A stretch of DNA of 64,000 nucleotides from Paraspadella gotoi. Its lineage: Eukaryota; Animalia; Chaetognatha. The notes below the pieces were generated by a model. It was not told where the DNA came from and did not search any database. It saw only the letters and a program-made list of their open reading frames with translations. The stretch spans positions 14,519,918 through 14,583,917 of the forward strand of contig CM119269.1 of NCBI GenBank assembly GCA_051294375.1, in the 5' to 3' direction. The position numbers and the translations under genes are program-made. Positions 52,301 through 64,000 of the stretch are shown in pieces (position 1 is the stretch's first letter; each line of letters opens with the position of its first letter).

Positions 52301-53807
52301 ATTCTAGATAATATTCTAGATAGTATGAGAATATACGTGAAAATGTTTTTAAAAATCAAAATATGATGCTTTTATGTCATAAGAATTCTAACATTTCTAT
52401 TGTTACCTGATTCTGACATTTTCTCAAAGGATTATGAGCTGGTATTTGCGAGCCATTAATCACGCCCGCCGACATTCCCAACGACATATTCCTACAAACG
52501 TTGGTTCCTTGACCCATGGGAGGCGCAGGAAGGGTGGCTGGAAAAAGACCCGAGCAAGATAGTGGTGACTGGCCTCCCAGCGACGTAGAGGGGACCCCGA
52601 GACTGTTTGTGAGCACTTCGTTTTCTGCAAAAAACAAATATTCTAGTTTCAAATCTTTGAATTTTTTATGGGTAAATGAGAAATTTTTAAAGAATGGAAA
52701 ATTGGATAAGTACACTCATAAGGAAAAAAAGGCGCCACTATATTACTTTAAATTCCAGACGATCAATAAAAATATTTTTAAAAATTTATTAAGTTTTTAG
52801 CCGGATCTGCTTACAGCAGATTCCGGCTCTATAATTCACTTTGTCGGTCCGCCCCCCCAATCTTGTCGGGCATTCACTTATATCATGTCAGAACATCGAG
52901 ATTCGAATTATGATAAATTATGCCCAAAAAAATAATGTCCGTCCGTCCGTCCGTCCCACCTTAGCAAAAAACACCAATTACTTTGTGATTTGATGGATGG
53001 ATTGGATTAAAATTTTGTGGGTGGGTAGGAAAGTGTGTGATTGAGCTGGAAATCAAGTTTCGATAGAATCGTCCGAGTGGAAATGAGTTAAAATAGAAAA
53101 TAAACAATCTATTTCACTATTTGATTGTGCTTTCTTTATAATGTATTGAGGCGACAAAAGCGGGAAAAGTGAATTTTATTTAAAAGCTTCAGAATCATTG
53201 ACCTATCATTCTTTATTTTTTTTTTTTAATTTAAAATTATTATTTAAGGATATGGGTTAATCCAGTTGTCAGGCTATCCCTCCGGATGTCCAATGTATTT
53301 TTTTTTCTTTTTTATTGTATTATAAAAAATAAAATATCCAGAAAAAAAAATTTTCAAGTTTAGCTTTGCCATGGAGTAGTTTATTTTATAAAATTTATAT
53401 CAAACTTTTTATTTTTAAATAAATTTGAATTTGCTTTATAATTGTTTTACAAAATGTAAGTATATATGGTAATTTTTTTTGTGGTGTAATCCTTTCGTTT
53501 CGTTGTGTAATGATTAGAAGAGTTTGAAATTAATTTTCAACAACGATTTATTTTTATTAATAACGGACATGTTTCGGCTCAGCTACAAGCCTTCATCAGC
53601 GTTAAAAAGAGTAATTTTTTAAAATTTGATATTAAGTGGCGCCATTTTTTTGCACATGACTTAATTTTTGTCATACTATGTTTCCGTAATATGTATCCTA
53701 AAAATTAACACCGGGATTATTTGTCGAACAACTCCTCCTTCAAAGTCGTTCCACTTTTTTTTTTCACCTTCTTTAATATCCCCGTCATTTTCTACGAATC
53801 CTTTCAT
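49390..53807 (-). CDS. CD225/dispanin family membrane protein (PRRT/SynDIG/TMEM91-like) with long disordered N-terminus, 574 aa, 6 exons
   Basis: Exons 53807-53768, 52624-52407, 52030-51886, 51734-51642, 51365-50313 and 49565-49390 are all GT-AG and phase-consistent (1725 nt including stop). The C-terminus APKNFHTFAVFGAIFFNVMILPGLIAVSLARNSERDLGRGKVTSARLKGRLALLISILSLSFSVAIYFLSLYYIMARVRQ* fits the CD225 pattern (P.., hydrophobic segment, G++A+..S......G....A.....A, TM helix). Confidence 0.88.
49863..50027. repeat. 74-bp inverted repeat (17-nt loop) built from a second, degenerate hammerhead/PLE end
   Basis: Arms 49863-49936 and 49954-50027 differ at 3 positions. The minus strand contains CUGAUGA-A-GGCUU-GUAUU-AAGCC-GAAACAUGCC. 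Confidence 0.9.
52795..53090 (+). mobile_element. Helentron-associated (HINE/DINE-1-like) non-autonomous element fragment(s)
   Basis: T-run followed by hairpin gccggatctgc-ttaca-gcagattccggc and ctataattcactttgtcggtccg, then a (GTCC)n microsatellite followed by gatggattggattaaaattt..aagtttcg. Confidence 0.5.
53488..53604 (-). mobile_element. Penelope-like retroelement terminal (pLTR) fragment, homologous to 49835-49956
   Basis: Shared string cctttc.tttcgttgtgt..atgattagaa..agtttgaaatt....caacaacgattt..aacgg[ag]catgtttcggct..tacaagccttcatcagc. Hammerhead followed by a poly(A) signal is the known layout of PLE ends. No RT or GIY-YIG ORF is seen. Confidence 0.6.
53561..53604 (-). ncRNA. Minimal type I hammerhead ribozyme of the Penelope-like element (PLE) type
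   Basis: Minus strand reads UAACG-CUGAUGA-A-GGCUU-GUAGCU-GAGCC-GAAAC-AU-GUC^CGUUA. It has both conserved core boxes, a 5-bp stem I, a 5-bp stem II, a palindromic ACAUGU mini stem III and a GUC cleavage triplet, followed by AATAAA. Confidence 0.85.
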
Positions 53808-56800
53808 GATTGATACGCAGATTAAGTCTTCCTTCGGCCTCTAACGCGGGCGATTTTCCCGTTATCGAGTGAATAATCCCTTCCGCTTCCCAGAAAAGCA
53901 GCGCCGCCACGATCCCGTGTCCGTCAAAAACGTTTAGCCCTTAAATCCCGTTCGCAATTGCGTCTTCGTCTTCGCCTCCCGAGCCCACGGCGCATCTTTT
54001 CCATTTTAGGCGCGAGATGAGCCTCCCTCGGTCGACGCGATTTGACGCAAATCCGATCCTTTCGCCTCCGCCATACCCCCCCTCCCTTCGACTAGGAGCG
54101 CGCGCGTCGGGATTAAATCCCGTTGAATGTTTGATTCCGAGAGGAAATGGTGATGATGCAAAAGGGGGTTCTGAGAGAGAGAGAAAGAGAGAGAGAGAGA
54201 GATAAAGAGGAGGGTGAGAGGTCGTCCGAGGAGGCGTCAGGACTAAAGGGAACAGAGAGAAAGACGGGTAAGTTCACCCGAGCAAAACGCAAACTAGTTG
54301 AGGAGAAAGAAGAAAATACCTTTAGCGAGGGGAAAACACACACAAACAGTGGGTCTCGACAATTGAATGGCGCGCGCAGAGGGAAGAAAAAAACCTCCGG
54401 GAATGAAGCTCGACGAATAGCGACGAAAAGTCGTGTTGAGGTGCGGCGCGACACGTTTTTAGGCAGGGGCGCACGCGAGTTTTTATCGACCCCGACCGAG
54501 CGCCTAATTTTTTGCAATGGAAAACGACATGGTCCGAGACGGAGAGACAAGGCGAGGACGACTGGGACGAGCGAGAGAGAGAAAGATGGAACGAGAAAAG
54601 AGAGTTTCGACTTTCGGTTTGTCACTTTGGGTTTCGTTTGTCGTTTCGCTGCCCTTCTCTCTCTTACGTCATTCGTTGACGTCGCGCGAAAAATTCACGC
54701 GACGCGCGCTCCGCGACATTGTCCTTCCCCCGTGACGATTCGTCCGCTTTTAGCCTCGGATCGTCATTGCCGGGTATTCTCAATTGGATCAAGTGTCGAG
54801 ATTCAGGCGCTAAAACTTGCGACGAATCCCGCCGCTTTTATTTTCTTTTTTTTCGCCTCTTCGCTTGGTGGGTGGGCGTGGCTCGGGCTTTGACTTCTTT
54901 CTCCTCCGTCTGTGGTTTCAGCTAATGAGAGCTTCAGAGTTGATTGGATTGGATAAAAAAATAGGATGACTGCAGTGGTTGGTGTGGGGGGTGAAAGGTG
55001 GAATCTTGGAAGAAGAAATTTCTCGTTTCGCTTAGAGAAGATTATATTACAAGGGTTTTTATATTTTAATTACAGTAGAATTTCTGGTATCAATAGAATA
55101 GTGCTCATATTACGTACTTATTCGAGTGTGTCTATTTTAACATTTTTTTGACTATATTTTTAAAAAATGGGGGTCAAAGAAACATTTTTTAACACTGACT
55201 ACGCAGTCAATGTGAATGTCAAATATTTGAACTTCGATTTCTTTATGAGTTGAATTAATTATGAGTTGTCTTTCATGCGCTGAATCTTGACATGAAAAAT
55301 GAATTGCGAAAAGCAAGCGACTGTCTAATTTTTTTTTTAATATTGCCACTAAATTATAATTAGTTATTTAAGATATCTTATAAAAAATAATATTTTGGGC
55401 TTATTATTCCTCAACGAAAAGAATCGCTCTAATATCAATCACAAAAACTACGAAAAAAAATAATCAGGACCGTTTGTCTTCGAAGATAAACTGTTTGGGA
55501 CAAAATGAGTCATTACATTTTTTTATGACCACTGCGTTCGAATAAAAAATGAGATTTATGTTCTTTCTGCATTAGGCTAATGATTAGATGTTTTCGTTCC
55601 GCTTGATGGCATTTGGCTTGCCAAGTATTTGGTTCAATATAATGATTAATAAAATAATGTTTGTAATACTAACACAAATTTTTTATCCCGAACGAAAATG
55701 ATTTGACTGTGCTTTCTGACGAGGCGATTTGTGTTTGAGATGAAGTCACAAATCTCATACGTAATGCCAGAGGGAGGGGCGCGGACGTCAAGGATTATCG
55801 CGAACGAGATTGTGAGGCAGGATATCCGCCCAAATGTTCTTTTAGCTTGGCCTATAAATTTAGGAGGCGACCGCAGTCATTCTTCACATTATTAAAGTGA
55901 AATGTCATTAACGATTTTCATAATTTTCAATTTGCGTAGTAACCTTGTCTTAGTATTTTTAGTTATAAAAAAAAATTAAAAATAAAATACTTTTATTATA
56001 AAAAAAGATAAGAAAAAGTAAAGTGATACTGTATACTCTGTGTATACTGTATAGCCTAATGCACAAAATGTTGAACAAAATTTGCCATTATTTGGAACGA
56101 TTTTGGCATTTTTTTATTATTTACATAATAACTTTTGTATCATTTTTTTTTAATGGTACGAAGAAATCGTCTCTTTTATATAATCTTTTCGGGTCTGTAA
56201 TTGTTCTTCGGTCATTTGGCGCCGGCTCGGCGAAAGTCTTAACGGTGATCCTTCAAGGTCACTCCTTTCTCCTTTCGTATCCTTCCTTCACTTTTCCTCC
56301 GTTCCTCCTTTGCACTCTCTCTGGGGCTCCGTGGACGAAAAGGGGGGTCCGTTGCAACATCATCTATCTAACGTCCAGTCAAGAGGAAATCTGCCTCCAT
56401 TCAACGGATTCGTCTCCATGATTCGTGTCTCGATTCAAACAGCAAAAAACGTTGGGAATCCCTTTTCACTCATTCAGTCATTGTGTCGTCGCCCCGGCTT
56501 TCCTTTCAGCTATCGAGATAAGCTCTGATACCGAGACCGAGGCAAAGCATTTTTTTCTCCCCTTTATTTTCCTTCCCAATCTCAGTATTTTTTTGTTCTA
56601 AGTGATGGATGTGGGGCTCCAGAAATTAGTATAGATTTTCTTGGCAATTTGTTGACTTGGAATTTTTTAAAGAGTGTAGTGAGATGGAGCTCATCTATCA
56701 TTTTAAAACTAACGTAGAAATTGTGGATTGAAGATAAGCTGAATAAGATATGTCAAGAATGATAAAAAAAGTTGAACTACTTAGGAGGCTTTAAATCTCT

Positions 56801-56852
56801 CGGTCGCATATCCCATTTCTAAATTATTCTTCTCCGCTCTTTACTTTAGGGA

Positions 56853-56899
<47 letters not shown>

Positions 56900-58208
56900 A
56901 AAGCCAAACCTAGATCTATGTGAAATGTTAATTTAATTTAGAACGGTGAATCTATATTCTACAATTCCCGATATATATATTTATATATATATATATACAT
57001 TCTATAGTAAATTTTATACTTTTTTAGAATCGGAAATAGCAAACAACTGCTCCTGATTGAGTGGTATTCTTTTTGGACTTTAATCACCAGGCGAAGACAA
57101 ACGTCACGAAATTCAGGCAGAAACTCCAATCGCATTTCCCATCCATTTGATTCCATTTCCTTTCCTCCTGATTCCCTTTCCGCTGTTTCAACGTTGATTT
57201 GTCACAGACACAGCCGTTAATCAATGAGAGGTTCATCAAAAGGTGTGTCTTTTAGATAAAAATCGTAATTTAACCGAGACGACCGTATACAAATGTACAA
57301 TATTAAAAATCATTTTAAAAATTTTTAAAACGTGTATTTCGTTAAGATAGGATGTGAGGTTCAAATTCGCCTATTTTTATCTTGGTTTCATTTTAGAAAC
57401 GTTCAAAACAAACAATCACCTGTTCCAACGATTTCTAATTCCTCGTTGGTTATTTCCAAGTTTTGCACCATTGGTGACGTTGGAACTTTCTCTAACCGGG
57501 CGTATCTAATTTTTCCTGATGGGCAACAACGTTGATTGACCTAAAGCAACAGTATTATTATGAGATTGATACGTGCTTATTGTCTACGAATTTGCAATCG
57601 CTTTCTTCACCCATATCCATTATTCACCCAGTTCCCTTATTGCACCCACATCGTCTTTCTCTTTTTCTTGTTTTTCTCTTTTACCTTCGGGAATTGGTGA
57701 AAGTCAAAATCCTGGGTTAGGCTTAAAGGTGAATCGAGGGCATTAGTTGTTCCTTGTGATGAGATGGAAGGTAGAGACCAAGAAGAAGCGGAATTTCTTT
57801 TTGCCGGGGGGATTGCAAATAAAACAACTCGGTAGATGACATTAAAATTGTTAAGCTTAGGTGTTACGACTAATGCGGATTGCAGAATGCCCCTGAATGA
57901 CCGTAATTAATAATATTAATGGTATATCCGGTATATCCGGTATATTGATGGTATATCCGTGAAAACCGAGAACATAAAATTCAAATTGTCGGCTTTTACG
58001 ACCACCTAATAAAACATTACGACCAAGTTTATTCAAAAAAACATTCTTTTCTCCTCGAAATCGCGGTGCCGTGTCATATCTGCGCGAACGAATAGCCCCT
58101 CTCGCTGGAGGATTCGATTCGCATTAAACACGAAGAAAAAAAATCGTATATCAAACAATAATGGCGCCTCCTTCTCTCTTCCGGAGAGGAGGAAGAACCG
58201 TTTGAGGT

Positions 58209-59129
58209 TTAATTGCAATCCCCGTGCCTTTTCATCCGTCGCGTGCGAATGGCCGTCGTCGTCGTCGCCCCGTAGGGAGATTTTCTTTCCAAGAAATGAT
58301 TCCGTCTGGCGCTCGCTTGCTTCTCCCGACGTTCGTTGTTGTTATTGTAGGCGATTGGCGTCGGGTATTGTTGTCGCGCACGGTTGTCACACTCCTCATA
58401 GCCTGTCTTCATCTCGAGCCGGGCATGGCATTCGTCTAAGCTCGGAGCTTCCGCGCTCCAGGGAAGAGACTTGGATTTGATTCTCTTCGCCGACCACTGC
58501 GGGAGCTGTGGCGGGGGCAGACCTCGTTTCTTGGAATCCCTCGTTTCCTCGTCGGCGCCCGACGACGCCGAGGTCTTCCCATTTAGACCGGAACGAAATT
58601 CGTCATCCTTTTCCGGCGGCGGTGGCCACCATCTACCGACCTCGCGGTGTCTCGAAGGCGGCGGAGGCAATGGAGGCGGGGTTCGCTCGTGCAAGTCAGT
58701 CGGGGAAGGTCGCGGGTATATGTCGGACAGGGGCAGATCGAAAACGATGCGCATCTGCAGACGAGGTGAGGGATGGCGTGGTTGAACTCGGCGAGGAGGC
58801 GGGGCCGGCGGTGCGGGCGGCCGAGCCCCGGCGCCGGGCGATGAGATACCGAGTCGAAGGGAGGACGAGTCATTAAGTCGAAGGGGAGGAATAGATTCGG
58901 CGCTCGGGAACAAAAGGAGATTGGAGGAAAAATTCAAACGTTCGGGAAAGTTTGTTAAGCGAGATACTCTTCCTTCGTCGCCGGCAGGTGTAATAAAAGC
59001 GGCGTCCCGGGTCGAAATGGAGTGAGAGAGGAACCGGAGCGAAGACGACGAAGGGATGAAGCCACAGGAGAGAGGGGAGACTATCGACGCGGGCGGCGAG
59101 GTGGGTGAAGCGGGGGTTGAGGCGGACAC
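58209..59129 (-). CDS. Hypothetical Pro/Ser-rich ORF in a GC-rich island
   Basis: 306 codons without a stop and not caused by a microsatellite. It has no ATG start and no recognisable domain. Confidence 0.25.
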   Translation of the reverse strand: MSASTPASPTSPPASIVSPLSCGFIPSSSSLRFLSHSISTRDAAFITPAGDEGRVSRLTNFPERLNFSSNLLLFPSAESIPPLRLNDSSSLRLGISSPGAGARPPAPPAPPPRRVQPRHPSPRLQMRIVFDLPLSDIYPRPSPTDLHERTPPPLPPPPSRHREVGRWWPPPPEKDDEFRSGLNGKTSASSGADEETRDSKKRGLPPPQLPQWSAKRIKSKSLPWSAEAPSLDECHARLEMKTGYEECDNRARQQYPTPIAYNNNNERREKQASARRNHFLERKSPYGATTTTAIRTRRMKRHGDCN

Positions 59130-61336
59130 GGTGAAGCTTTGCTCGGGAAAATCATTAAAAAGAGGAAACGCGTCTATCTAGAATATTCCGTCTCGCGCCG
59201 TGCTGACGCTTCTGTCGTGCCGGAAAAAAAATCGCTCTTGCGAGAATATAGTTCCAAGGTCATCGCTTGAACCATAATAAGGCGTCGAGGGACCTTTCGA
59301 TCCGCCTCGGTAGTAGCTCGCTGCATACCAATTTCACTTCGCGCCTAACCTTTACATTCGGTGGATAGAAACGAATTTGGACTTTCGAAGATCCACCCAA
59401 AAAAAGATAGCTTCGATAACGGGAAGAGTAAGTGAAAGCGAGTCAGAGAGACGGAGAGAGAGAAGAAGACAGTTCCATTCTCGTGAGATATAATTTTTTT
59501 TTTCTCTTCGTCCGGGCTCGACAGCCTTCCGGCTAGGAGTAGAGAGACTCCATTTGTGGAGGAATTATGTCAAAGATATGGTTGGGGAGTTCTGGCTCCA
59601 CGTCAAAGAGTATTTTTTTTCTCTCGCCCTTGTCGGATTCGCTTTTCCGCTCCCTTCCGACGCCGGTTGCGGTCGGGACGAGCCGAGATATGTTCGTTCC
59701 CTTTAATGATGCATGTTCGCGGATGGGCTCGCCGTTCGAGGCACATTACGCTCTGAGAGGAAAAAAGTTTAGACTAACTTGGAGGTCGGGGCATCATCGA
59801 TAAGAAGCAGTCTAGTGATGGCATTTTTTTCATATTTTTACAATTTGTTCTACGAGAAACTGGTGCGTTTTTAGCCTTGGCTCCGAAAGTCTTACGCATT
59901 GGTCGCACATCATAGCTAAGGATAATTTTATTACCATCTTTTACTTTTTTTTAGTTTATCGTACTGAAGGAGGAAAAAATCGGCCCCATTTTTGTATATT
60001 ATTATCTAATATTATTATTATTAGTCTTTTATTATCTATTTTCTAACCTTAAAATTATTCTTGAAAAGTAAAACAAGAAATGAACATTAATGGTTTATTT
60101 ATATAGATTTATTTTGAAACAAAGTCAAGTTTTAAAATATCAGAAACTGTTTGTTTTTGCGTTCATATAATTGTTTTTGGCATAATGTCACATTTCATCA
60201 GCGCGAGTGAACAAACTTCAAAAAATCATAAAAACACATCACATTACGCCTGAAACTTATAGGCAGAAATAAAAATTTTTGTTGCACAATAAAAAAGTTC
60301 TTGCTGATACGATATGACAGCAAAAAGAAAGGAAAACTACCAACCAGTTATAAAAATACGACATTGTGTAAGATTGGCTTACTAATTAGAGATAATAAAA
60401 ACATTTTCTTATTTCTACGCCAATGTATTTTATATATAAAAGTATTCATATAAATGTCAGCGCGCGGTTATGTGCTTTCGAGTTTTCGTAAGCATGTATG
60501 TACCTGTGTTCACTGCACTGTTCAGTGCACCTAAGAGCCGGAAAGTTATTGAATTATTGTGCTAATTTAAAGAGTGAAGAACATTGCATCTATTGTTTTT
60601 AAAAGTAAAAAAAGTTTGTTGAAAAAATTATATATGGGTTGATAGCTTTCTTAACTTTAATTGGTCACAACGTCCTAGCCGAACTTGACCTTTTAAAACA
60701 TTTTCGAAATGTTAGCGTAGAAATCCTGGGCCTCTTTTCCCTTTACCTCCGCGTCGCTGGAGATTACAAACGACGAAAAAAACGCGATGGCAAAATCGTT
60801 TTCCGATGCAAAAAAAACAAGTAAAGAAATGAGAAACTGTTGCGTAAAAGTGAAGAAAGAAAAAAAAAACGTTCGTTCGCGTCCGTCACTTGTAGCGGGA
60901 CGAAGCGTGGAAGGAATGAGGAGTTGAACTTTGGAAAGACGTGAAACGAGAGAAGAAAGCGTTGCGCCGAAGAGAGAGAGCGAGACATAAAGAGAGAGAG
61001 GAGTGCGAGCCAGAGAGAGAGAGAGCGAACGAGACCGAGTGAGGGGAGAGAAAGAGAGACGAGCGTTGGCGTCCCATCATCAGGGTCGCCCTCTTTCTCT
61101 CCCACTTTCCGACACTCGTTCCTCGTTTGTCCAAATCACCCTTTGACTCCCGGAGATGGCACTGGTGGCAAGATTCTATGGCACCGACCCAAAATACGGC
61201 TGGCCGGAAGTGGCAACCTAAGGGACGTAAACACGGAAGTGAGAGTGAAGAGAGAGAACGAGAGATTTCCTCGCGACGGGATAAGGAAAGACTGGGGAGT
61301 TGGGCGCGCTGGAGACCCAAGGATGGAAGAATTCGA

Positions 61337-61389
<53 letters not shown>

Positions 61390-62004
61390 AAAATACTCGT
61401 CGCTCTTCTCATAAGAACGAAGAGCAACGGGAGGAAGAGGAGGAAATACGATGGAAAGATGGGTTCTGGCTAATAACTTTTTGCTGGAGAGGTGGCGAGC
61501 AATTCTACCGCGAATGATGGGGGGAAAAAGGCGAGAGAAATTGCTATCGATTGAATGAGAGGACTTTGGAACCGTCGCCATTTGTAGTTTGAAAAATTTA
61601 GCCCTGAGTCGATATACAATGAAAGAATTTTTAAGCCGGTGGATGATCGAGCTTTGATAGTCTGGAAAATCCTTCCCGGAATCGGTTTTCGATTTGGACT
61701 CAAAATCTAGAGTGGTTGGGTAATTTTTTTTCTTTCTTTTTTTTGATGAAAAAATTAAATGAGGGATAAAATGAGAAAAAGGGGAAACTTAATTTTGTTG
61801 TTTGGGACATCGTAGTCGATTTTGAGCAATGTAACTAGTTATGACGACACTAACTATTAATTAATTCATTTTGTTTCGCTGATAACATATATAGTAAGGT
61901 GGGTCTTAAATTAATATTTATAAAAAATTAAAACAGTTTACAATAAATATTTTTTATCCTTACATAACTAATTTGATTTATTATATTTTAAATTAATTTA
62001 TTTT

Positions 62005-62378
62005 ATTCACACATAGAAATATTTTAATATTTAATAATATATAAAAAATTATTAAAACTTTTTTCAATTTATATTTTTAAACGGTTTCTGATAAAGATTA
62101 AAAAGTTAGATAAAGGTTAATGTTATAATTTTTAAGAATTTTAATTATAAATGAATAAAAAAGAAAAAAAAGGGAAAAAAATTTTATTTTCTTTATTCAG
62201 TAAATTTAAGTTTTTATTAATTATTACAAACAAATCATTAAAATTTTAAAAAGTTTTTTTAAGTTTTATCTAACTTTTTAAGCTCTATCAGAATCCAATA
62301 AAAAAATAAAATTGTAAATTTTTTTGGGTGATATTATATAGTAAATTGTATTATTTAAAATGTTTTCCATGCATTTAA
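62005..62378. mobile_element. Degenerate fold-back/MITE-like element, possibly the same family as 14141-14513
   Basis: ttctgataaagattaaaaagttagataaa (about 62087) is inverted against ttttatctaactttttaagctctatcagaa (about 62264). Weaker pairing extends outward. Confidence 0.5.
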
Positions 62379-63225
62379 ATATAATTGTTTTCTATTTTTA
62401 TGATCATTTTAATAATATTTATACCGGACTACTGCTAGTTTGCAACCTGTTCCGCCTTAATATATAGGTAAGGAGGGGGTGGGGCTAAACAGGAAAAAGC
62501 GAAAAGCGGCGTTGTCGGGAAGCGACGAAGGTCACTTTAATGTTTCGCCGATGAGTTTTACTGCCTCCTCGTCGCTACCTGTTTAAAAAAAAGTAAGTCT
62601 CTCCTTGGGGAGTAGTTTTAAAAAATATTCGGGAAGTTGATTCGATTTTCAACATTTTTCCTCATGTTAAACCAAATCCTTAGCTGAAAATATAGTAGTT
62701 TCATGGCTATTTTTCATATAGTATTGCATCGAGGATATTGATCACTTAATTGACTTTCAAGCTCTGAAAGTAAAAAAAAGTTTTTTTAAACCGTTTTAAT
62801 TGCTCGAATCTGGCTTTTCTTCCTAATTTAAGGATCAAAGATGCAACAGGGATCATTGCCTGTCGCGATTTATAACAACCTCGTTGAAAAGAGATTAGAG
62901 AAATGAAGTGCCCATTAATTTTTGAGGAAGATTCATCGCCATACCATTTTAAAATTCCGCTGGAGTTTAATGAGATTAGGTGGGGGGAACCCGAGACAAG
63001 AGAGCGAGGGAGGGAGAGAGACAGAAAGTTTGTTACCTTTGCTTGAAAAGGATCGCTTCATTTATGGATTTCGCACTTTCCTAATTATTCTTGGTAAATT
63101 AAATCACGGGACAAAAATGATTTTAAAAGTTGACGTATTACATTTGCCTCGGGCAAAACTGTGGGTCATTCATCTTTCCCCACTGCTCGGAATTGAAAAC
63201 CGTTCATCGACTTTGGAGTTGATGA

Positions 63226-63285
<60 letters not shown>

Positions 63286-64000
63286 CTCTCTCTCCCCTCA
63301 AGAAATCGCCTTCTTCATCGAACAACGTTACCGCCGCGCGCCGCCAGTTAGCCTCGCGGATTCCGTAGTAACACTTCCGGCTCTTTTCTTTTTCCTCATC
63401 GAATGAGCAGCATTCATATGCGCATACTAAACGGCGAAAAAACCCGCGCCGGGCTCGGGGTATTGTTGAACAGTGGCGCCGAACAACGGCTCCTTAGGCG
63501 CTTCGTCGCGGCTTCTGTGACTTGGCGTTTCCAAGGAAACTGGCGCGGTGCCTTGGCAAATAAATTTTCGCGCGTCTTCGCGTCTTTTTCTTTTGCTACA
63601 AAAAAGAGTGGGAAAAAAGACAGGAAAGGGAAAGGGGGGAGAACCAACCGGAAACAAGAATTACAGTCGATTTTAAAAAGCGAAATCTCTGGAGGAAGAG
63701 AGAGAAAGGGAGCAAAAAGAGGCAGACAAAGAGAAGAAAAAGAGATAGGACGAGACGAAATTAGAAGCGGACGGCGTGAAATCCGCGACCTACGTAACGT
63801 CCTTCGCTGAATCGTTGATGCCGACTCGTAGGCATTTCCTCATACGAGGGCAGATGAACGATAGAGGGGTGTAGAAGGGGGGCGCGGTCTTCGCCGTCAT
63901 CGCGCGTCAGATCCGACTATTCTCGCCAGATTCCTGATGATATCTTTCAGTTTCCCTTCTCTTCACCCCATCTTTCTCTCTCTTTCTGTGTCAGTTTCTT

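Noticed and set aside
59567-59620. IWLGSSGSTSKS resembles the next expected TTLL4 exon (WLGCWGHHMKS)
   Set aside because: It lacks the invariant WG/HMK residues, the following NHFPG motif and a suitable polypyrimidine acceptor.

Overview
Intron-rich invertebrate (metazoan) genomic DNA from a gapped, indel-rich draft assembly, with many (CT)n/(GA)n tracts and four N-gaps. From 5' to 3' it holds: (1) the terminal exon of an acidic, repeat-rich, probably GPI-anchored protein with multiple (E/D)GSG sites; (2) a multi-exon GDNF-family-receptor-like gene (Gfrl type: two GDNF/GAS1 domains, Ser-rich stalk, invertebrate Cys-rich C-terminal module, GPI-like tail); (3) the 5' part of a TTLL4-like tubulin glutamylase; (4) a complete 6-exon CD225/dispanin gene on the opposite strand, apparently nested in a TTLL4 intron. 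About 14.5-14.9 kb (Gfrl 3' exons plus TTLL4 5' exons) occurs twice in tandem with scattered single-base indels, most likely a mis-assembly. The most striking non-coding signal is a pair of Penelope-type minimal hammerhead ribozyme motifs in introns 1 and 5 of the CD225 gene, both sense to it. One is intact; the other sits in a 74-bp near-perfect fold-back hairpin. All gene models were read by eye and family assignments rest on recalled sequences, not database searches.
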